Shown here piece after piece: positions 56,534 through 64,000 of a stretch of DNA of 64,000 bases. The notes under the pieces were generated by a model. It saw only the letters and a list, made by a program, of their open reading frames with translations, did not search any database and was not told the origin of the DNA. A program made the translations under genes and the position numbers. This DNA is from Marsupella aquatica (Eukaryota > Plantae > Marchantiophyta): NCBI GenBank assembly GCA_973895155.1, contig OZ316896.1, forward strand, positions 14,728,684 to 14,792,683, written 5' to 3'. Every line of letters starts with the position of its first letter. Within the stretch, counting starts at the first letter, position 1.

Positions 56534-57979
56534 TGTGGTGTTATGTGTATACTTAAGTGTATACACATAACACTCCCGTCGGGGCCCCTTTTTGTTAGTT
56601 TTTATGGCCATTTCCGGCCACGGCTGCCGCGCGACCGTCACCGGACTGCCTGCGCGACTACTTCCCGACTGCATAGGGCCGCGAGCCTGTTTTTCTCGCC
56701 TCACTTCCGTTGCTCCTGCCTTGCTTCAGCTGCGACTTGATTTGTGCCAGCAATTAAAGCAGCCAAGGGAGGGGGAGCGACTCCCTTCCTTTTTGTCCTG
56801 CAAGCAAGAGGGGATGGAGGGCACGAAGCCCTATGGAGTAATTAAAGTAGGGAGGAGGGGGAACCAAGGCAGGAGCGCAGGAGAGGGCACGAGGCCCTAA
56901 GCAGCAATTAAAAGGCGGGGGAGGGGAGTTCACATACGACTCCATTCTTCAGGAGTCCCGGCCCCTGCAGGGCACGGAGCCCACTGTCAGCATTGAAGAG
57001 GGGGGGAGTACACTTGACTCCTCTCACGGGAGTCTTCTGCCAAGGCACGAGGCCCAAATTGCATTGAAGGAGAGGAGGGGGGGAGTTTGTAGCCCCTTTT
57101 TGGGAGCACATAAGGTGGGGCACAAAGCCCTATGGAGGGCTCATGCCATTAAGAGGGCCCAGTTTCTTTTGCCCGCCTCGCGATGGCTTTTCTCTTCTTT
57201 TCGGCCACCTGCAAGCCTGCCTCGGCTATTTTCCCCTTTTTTGGCCTTTCTCGCTTTTTTGCCACGTGACGATCGACCTGCTGCCAGTTCCCGGGTCCAC
57301 ATCAGGCCGATGTGTATACACTTAAGGGGGCCCCTTTCACGTGTTGTAGGGCCCATTTCTTTCCGTTCGCTCCTACCTTGTTCTCAATTATGTGCATAGG
57401 GCACCGTACCGGCCGGTCCTTCTGTTTTTGGGTCCACATAGGGGCCCGAGGTATACACTTCAGGGGGCCCACTTTCACATTTTAGGGGCCCGTTTTCCTT
57501 GTTTGCGGCCGCTGATATCAAGTCATCTGCATACGGCTGCGGGTCCGGTGTATACACATCTGACGGTCAATTTGGCATATACATCAGCAAACGCATAGGG
57601 GGCTAAATTTGCGTTTTTAAGGATACTTTTTCTCTGACGGTTTTTCGACGGTGACAATTTTTCTGTGTGTTTACACATTTTGCACATTTTGGGTACATCG
57701 GGTATTGTCACACAGCATGTCAGCAGACAAGCCGAGAGGTAGAAGCTCATCGCCACCAACACCTTGGTACCACTTACGGAGTGATTCACGACCGTTGGTG
57801 CCAATTTCATTGGAATTCGACAATTTTGACGACGTCCACAGACAATAGCAGCACCCACACCACGCAATCCTTCTGCTACATTTGGTGGTCGCTTCACCAC
57901 TACTCCAAAGCCTGCTATCACTTCATTGCCATTTACCCTTTCTACATCAGTGGTTGTTCCTGCTTCACCGACATACAGC
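56534..57979 (+). mobile_element. Putative 5' LTR/leader of the Gypsy element, with palindromes and tandem repeats; boundaries unresolved
   Basis: Non-coding, directly upstream of gag; hairpin at 56541-56570; GTATACAC motif repeated; about five 65-85 bp units containing GGCACGAGGCCC between 56750 and 57160. No second LTR in the window to confirm. Confidence 0.45.
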
Positions 57980-59521
57980 ATGGATGCCAGCCACTCATCT
58001 GGCCGCATTGAGCGCTTCAGCAGGCGGCCAAGCACTATCTCTTTACGTGAGTTCAAATCCACTTTCTACACTGTCGTTTACGAATTGGAGTTGAAGTACG
58101 ACAGCAATTTCACAAATGCTTTTGCATTTAAGCAGCTAGCCAGGTATGTGCACCATGAGGCTTTGGATGTGTATGAGTAGCATTCTCAACGGCTGCTTGC
58201 TGTCACACAGTTGCCTAACCCTACCTATGCTAGTGCAATTGCGGCAGCCTCACAATTGACCTTACAGAATGCCATTGCAGCCCATGCTGTTGCTCCTGCC
58301 ACTTCCCCTCCTACTCCAGTTCCTACCACTACGCCAGTTACTCCCACTGTCTTGGCACAGGCTACATCAGGCATTTCTCCCACCATTGATTCTCTTGCCT
58401 TTGCTGATCCAGTGGCTGAGTTTTTCCAGGTTCTTGAATTGGAATTCCCAATCAAGGGTGCTGACAAAATCATGCATTTGGCCACCTTTGTGAGGTAGCG
58501 CGATGAAACCTTGAAGATGATGTATCACCGGCTTCTCAAGCTGAAGGAGGACACCCAGAGCATCACTGACCTGGAAGCTGCTCATCGCTATCTTCGCGCA
58601 TTGGAGGGCACACCAGCTCTCCATTCGCAAGTGTTGTAGCAAGTATTCTCAGAGTTTGGAGACAGCTACACCCTGCTCAATGTCTATGACACTGCTGAGA
58701 AACTTGAGTTGGCCCATGCACATTATGAGGCCAGTATTGCACGTCCACCGCAATCCAGGTACCAGGCTGCTGCCCCTACACTGGCCACCCCTTCCCGTGT
58801 GCCACAATATGGTTCCAAGACCAAGCCAACCCATGCTGCCTTCATGCTGCCATCTTGCAACTACTGTAGTAACCCCAATCACAAGGCTAATGAATGTGAT
58901 ATTGTTGTTGAGGACCTATCTTGTGATTTTTGCGGGAAAGTGGGTCACTTGGAGGCAGTTTGTTTTGTCAAATTGCCAGAGAGGAAGCAGCTACGACAAC
59001 AGGCCCCTCATCTCACTCCAGCTTCCACTCCCCCACCAGCTAGGAGGGCTCCTATTGCCTCAGTTGCTCCTCCTTCCAGTGGCAAAGCACCTGGTGCCAA
59101 CAAATCGCCCAAGCAGCAACAGAAGCAACCAGCTCAGAAGGAGGCTCACAATGCACAGGCAACTCCACTCCAATCTCTGACTCATGAGGTTGAGTCCCTA
59201 CGTGCCCAACTTGCCAACATCAAAGGCAAGTCACCTGCCTCTGCTGGTCCTTCTCAACCAGCTGGTCACGTGCAACCCATCCCTAGCCCAGGCACCACTG
59301 ACAATTCAACATCTCTTCCCCGCTCTTTCTATGGCTTGCCATTTGATGCTCATATGGGTGAGTGTGTGCTGTCCTCTGCTACACAACCTGGCCTTATGGC
59401 AGAATTTTCAGATTCATTCTGCCCTTCCTATTTTGCTTACCAGCAGGCCAGTGCTGCCTCCCGTATTGCTCCCACACGCCGCATTGTACAGGCTGATGGT
59501 CTTGCTCTGCTAGTCCTCTGA
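57980..59521 (+). pseudogene. Ty3/Gypsy gag with two CCHC zinc knuckles, three in-frame TAG stops
   Basis: A single frame from ATG 57980 with stops at 58178, 58496 and 58637; knuckles CNYCSNPNHKANEC and CDFCGKVGHLEAVC. Confidence 0.8.
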
Positions 59522-60099
59522 CTCGAGCCAGGGGAGCTTGGGCTGTCATGCCCCAATCTTTTCAGCCACTCACACTTGCTGAAGAGCGCACCTTGTTGGC
59601 GAGGGAGGAGGGAGCTGCAGCTACATCCATTCCACCACCAGGTGCTGCTAACATTTCACAGGGAGTTGTTTCTCCTGAGCTGCTTGAGCATTTCACCTCC
59701 GGGTTGGCACAAAAGATTCTTACAACTCCACTTTTCAGTTGCCATGATTTATAATTGGATGCTAGAGCTGTCATGAGAGCGCTAGAGGGCTCACTGCATT
59801 CTTTATCAACCCCTGTGCCACCAGTTTGGAGGTCCAATCTCATGTACATACTGGACCTTCTTCTTCTCCATTACATGCTTCCACTAGTTTGGCTATCCTA
59901 GTACCAATTTCCAGTGGTAGCGATGACAGTATTGCTGCAGATTGTGTGACCAGAGCTACACTAGATTCTGGTCATGCTACTCCATCTTTCTTGACTATGT
60001 TGTTGAGTGGAAAGACCGTGGATACTAACTCTCTTCACAAGGTACCTCATCATTTGCCAAAAGTGGTGCGTAGCGACAGGACTTCAGTTTCCACCACCA

Positions 60100-60470
60100 T
60101 TGCCATTGTTGACAATAGGAATTCAACGATCAAGTTGGAGGGTCACACTCCTGAGGTGGTCATGCTAGACACAGGCGCTCAACCAGTGATATTGGGCATT
60201 CAGTTTGCCAAGAAGATGGGACTGCTGACTGATCATTTACAACAATCCAGGTGGCACATTCTAACTGCTAGTGGCACTGTGTGTGTTGGGTGAGAGTTCT
60301 ACTTTACTCACTCTCACTTTTAATGGAGGTACAGATCAGGAACTGCATTTCCCAGTCAGATGTTTGGTTACCAATGCCACTACGTATGATGTGCTCATTG
60401 GCCAGGAGGCTTTGTTCCCACCAGGTTTTACCATTGACAACTGGCATGAGCATGCATACTACAGAGTTGA
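60100..60470 (+). pseudogene. Retropepsin-type aspartic protease of Gypsy pol (frameshift near 60285)
   Basis: VMLDTGAQPVILG (DTG at 60168-60176) followed by YDVLIGQEAL. Confidence 0.88.
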
Positions 60471-60828
60471 TTGGCATACGGATGGCTCACACTTGGGCTA
60501 CATTCCACTTGATTTGCATGGTGCCCATACACCTATGGCTCACCACTGTGTGTTGAAAGCAGTGCACACAGCTACCTATGTCAACCACCCATTGCAAGAT
60601 TGGATTGAGGAGGATGATGATGAGGTGGCTACTGCACATGCTACTACACGTATAGCAGCACTTTCCAGCAACGTGGACCATCAACCAGAGGTGGTACAAT
60701 GGCTCCAAGCAGCCCATGGACCTTTGGTGGCTGCATTGCGCAAATTTGAGGACCTTGGGCAGCACAATGGCCAACCAATAGCCCCAATCTTGAGTGCACC
60801 AGTTACATGGACTCCTCCTTCAGATGGC

Positions 60829-61765
60829 CTTACATTGCTTGAGCTTTTTGGTGGCATTTCTACACGCCTGGAAGCTCTCCTACAATCTAGCATGGTGGTG
60901 AAACAATACATCTCTGTGGATATTGATCCAGATGCAAGGCAAGTGGCTGAATCCCGTTTGCTAGAATTTTCAGAGCAATTTCCCCAACAGTTTCCACACA
61001 GTGCATGGAAGTCTGCATTTTCTTTCTTTCCTCTAGATATCCAGCTTGTCCAGCACTGGCACTTAACCCTTCTTGGCTCCCTTGATTTGATCATAGCTGG
61101 TTGGGAATGCCAAGGGTTTTCAGCTGCTGGTCACGGTGCTGGACTGCATGATTCTCGTTCTGGCCTTTTCACAGCATTGGTTCAGATTCTCACTTGGGCT
61201 CAATCCCTTTATCCTGCTGTTGGTTATATCATTGAGAATATTTAATCTCAGTTTGACCAACGTCCACAGGTCAAAGAGGATTTTAGTGTGGTCCAGCACT
61301 ACTTGGGACCACCCCTTCTCATTGATGCAGTGCATTGTGGTTCTTATGCACATTGTCTTCGTAACTTTTGGACTAACCTTGCACCACCTTCCTTATTGGA
61401 GTTAGCTCTTCACCACACATCCAGGGACACTAACCTCATAGTGGACCAGATTTTGGATCCTGACAGTTCTTGCCAACCAGTTACACGGCACGAGCCTGCA
61501 CCTTAGTATCCAGCCAATACCATTGGACAGCCCCGTGCTGCTTGGCCTACGTACATTTGTATCCTTTCCAGGTGCACATGCCTTTCAGGGTGATGGTCCT
61601 GGCCTGGTTTATCGACATTCTACCAGTACTTGGGATGAACCTAGTCCTGAGGAGAGAGAACGGGCTATGGGCTTCCAATCCGGTACTACAGGCCACACCC
61701 AAATCACCAGGCTGGTCAGGAATGCTTTACTTGGTAGAGTAATGGATCTTAATGCTCTCACTTAA
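60829..61765 (+). pseudogene. C5 cytosine DNA methyltransferase domain embedded in Gypsy pol between protease and RT
   Basis: Ordered motifs: I LLELFGGIS (FGGIS at 60847), II ISVDID, III LDI, IV LDLIIAGWECQGFSAAG (Cys at 61108), V DSRSGLF, VI IIENI (ENI at 61234), VIII AHCLRNFWTNL (61348), IX EPSPEERERAMGF (61637), X LLGRVMDLNAL (Gly at 61733). Stops at 61243, 61504 and 61763 and a frameshift near 61550. Confidence 0.88.
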
Positions 61766-62119
61766 CTTCTGGTCACTTGCATCCTTTTTCAGATGTACAT
61801 TCATCCAGCATCTGGAGTTCCAGCTCTACCACTCCATGGTGCTGCTACATGGCATCTAGACCAGGTGCACTTACCTCTATTCAACACTCACCGCTTCAGT
61901 CCAAGTGTTGGGGGGGAGGAGGTCCCTTGTAACGTGGCTGACAATATTTCTGAGTTTCATGGTGTGGACCAACTCAGATCAGCAGGTACAACAGGCCTTG
62001 GAGAGGCCTCATCACCTTATCAACAGCATGCTAGCAACTTGGACAGTGGAGAGGCTGGCACTTCTAGCTCTTCAAGCACGAGTACATCAGGTCTTATTCC
62101 TAGTGTTGCCAACTACACA

Positions 62120-63010
62120 TTCATCATGGGCAACCACCTGAGTAAAAGACAGAAGGACCAGCTGCTGAATTTGCTCCTCAAGCATGAGAACGTGTTTGCT
62201 TTCTCTATGAAGGACTTGGGTAAGAGCAAGACTATGCAGTTCTCCATTGAGTTGGCTGATGAAACACCGTTCTTCAGGCGGAGACATCGTTTGAGTAAGC
62301 ATGAGTGGCAGCTGGTGGATGAGAGGTGCCAAGAGCTCTATGAAGCTGGTCTTATTCAGCCATCTACATCAGATTTTGCAGCAGCTACAGTGATGCCAGC
62401 AAAGAAGGATTCCAGTGGATTGTGGACAGAGAAGCGCATGTGTGGGGACTACAGGCCACTGAACCTGGTCACACCCCAGGACATGTACCCCATGCCACGG
62501 CCAGAGGAGCTATTTGACAGCATTGGAGACTCAGACATCTTCACTCTTGTGGATCTAAGGCAAGGCTTTAACCAGATTTTGCTGCTTGCAAAGGACCGCA
62601 AGAAAACTGCTTTCCATGGTAGTAACCAACTATGGGAGTGGTTGGTGATGCCATTTGGCTTGAAGAATGCGCCCATGTTCTTTCAAAGAGTCATGGACCA
62701 GGTTCTTCAAGGTGCTGAGTTTCTGAAATGCTACATTGATGATGTGTTGGTCCACAGCAAAGGATTTGACCAGCATCTACTTGACCTTGAAGAGCTATTC
62801 ATGAGGCTTAAGAAGGTGAACCTAAAGATACACCCCAAGAAGTGTGAATTTGCTGTCATATCAGTAGTATACCTTGGGCACTGCATTCTTCCAAATGGAA
62901 CCATGGCTCACTGGGCCAAGGTGGTATCCATCTTGGAAATGTCCACTCCTACTAATGTTCACACTCTTCGGAGCTTTATTGGGTTGTGCAATTACTACTG
63001 GATCTACATC
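62120..63010 (+). pseudogene. Gypsy reverse transcriptase
   Basis: RMCGDYRPLN, VDLRQGFNQI, KTAF, VMPFGLKNAP, YIDD (62732-62743), KCEF..VYLGH, LRSFIGLCNYY. Confidence 0.96.
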
Positions 63011-63535
63011 AATTCAAAGATTTCAGTACCATTGCACATCCATTGTATGCTTTGTTGAAAAAGAATGTGACTTGGACATGGAGTACAGATGCTGAGGCAG
63101 CATTTGTCACTTTGAAGGAGAAGCTCTCAGAATACCCGGTGCTGAGAAGACCTGATTTTAGCAAGGTCTTTGTGCTACACACAGATTGGAGTGCCCTTGG
63201 GATTGGTGCCATTCTGGGCCAGCATGATGAGGAAGGTAAAGAGTACGTCATTGCCTATGCATCCAGGAGCAACAATCAGGCAGAGAGTCATTATTCTTCG
63301 TATGAGGGTGAATGCCTTGCTGTTGTGTGGGCTATCATACATTACAGGCCCTACCTCTATGAGACCAGGTTTATCCTCTACACCGACCACCAGCCCTTGA
63401 AGTGGTTGATGACCAACGACAAGCTTACTAGCAAGCTTGCTCGTTGGGCGCTCATACTCCAGGAGTATGATTTTGAGGTAATTCATAGGCCTGGTGTGAC
63501 ACATCAAAATGCTGACACTATGTCCCGCAACCCTT
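63011..63535 (+). pseudogene. Gypsy connection and RNase H domain (after a frameshift); no integrase in the window
   Basis: VLHTDWSALGIGAIL, IAYASR, YSSYEGECLAVVWAI, LYTDHQPL, LARWALILQEYDF, NADTMSR. Confidence 0.93.
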
Positions 63536-63567
63536 TGATTGCCTCTGATGATTCCTCAGATGCACGG

Positions 63568-64000
63568 TGTCGGGGGAATCTTTAGTTCTTGGGAAGCACC
63601 AAGCTCTTGTTTTTCCTATCTTGGAAGAAACCTTTCCAAAGTATGTATTTTCTCACCTCACATTACCCTTGCGATCCCCTTTGTCAATCAATTTTTCTCA
63701 CCATTATCCTCTAAAATATCTCTCACGGCCTTTGTTCCACTCTACGATGAGTGACTTCCTCACACTAAGCCTCGAAGCGGCCTATCCTCTTTCCACATAA
63801 CCCAAGTCAAGTCATAGATTGCAATTTCCAATGAATCCTATAATTAGATAAGTCAATTATAGAAAACAAAGACTATGATCTTAAGATTTACTATAGATGA
63901 TATAATCACAGACTCTGGCATCCTAAGCATAACATTGTATCTTTCATCTCCATATTTTCTAACTAAAATATCTCTACAATCAACCTTCTTACGACATACC
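63568..64000. mobile_element. Probable nested insertion (LTR-like start) interrupting pol before integrase
   Basis: Coding character stops abruptly at TGTCGGGGG (63568), followed by AT-rich non-coding sequence. Confidence 0.45.

Noticed and set aside
60829-61765. Host DNMT gene or DIRS-type adenine methyltransferase
   Set aside because: It is intronless and frame-linked to protease and RT, has C5 motifs rather than DPPY/NPPF, and the element has an aspartic protease, which DIRS elements lack.

Overview
Eukaryotic nuclear DNA from a land plant, most likely a non-seed lineage such as a bryophyte (inferred from the gene set, intron structure and TE families). The left 38 kb holds four spliced host genes in two convergent pairs: a DUF676 alpha/beta-hydrolase (+, with a U12-type intron), an HR-lesion family membrane protein (-, absent from the ORF track), the SPRY-RING E3 ligase RKP (+) and plastid FtsHi2 (-). 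Before them lies a decayed HUH-endonuclease (Replitron-like) transposase. The right 25 kb is a stack of TE remnants: several restriction-like-endonuclease (CRE-like) non-LTR copies, a mitochondrial group II intron maturase fragment, a non-autonomous Helitron with a nested L1 3' end, and a Ty3/Gypsy element. The main finding is that this Gypsy pol carries a full set of C5 cytosine DNA methyltransferase motifs (I to X) between protease and reverse transcriptase. This copy is pseudogenised. All calls come from manual reading and translation; no searches were run.
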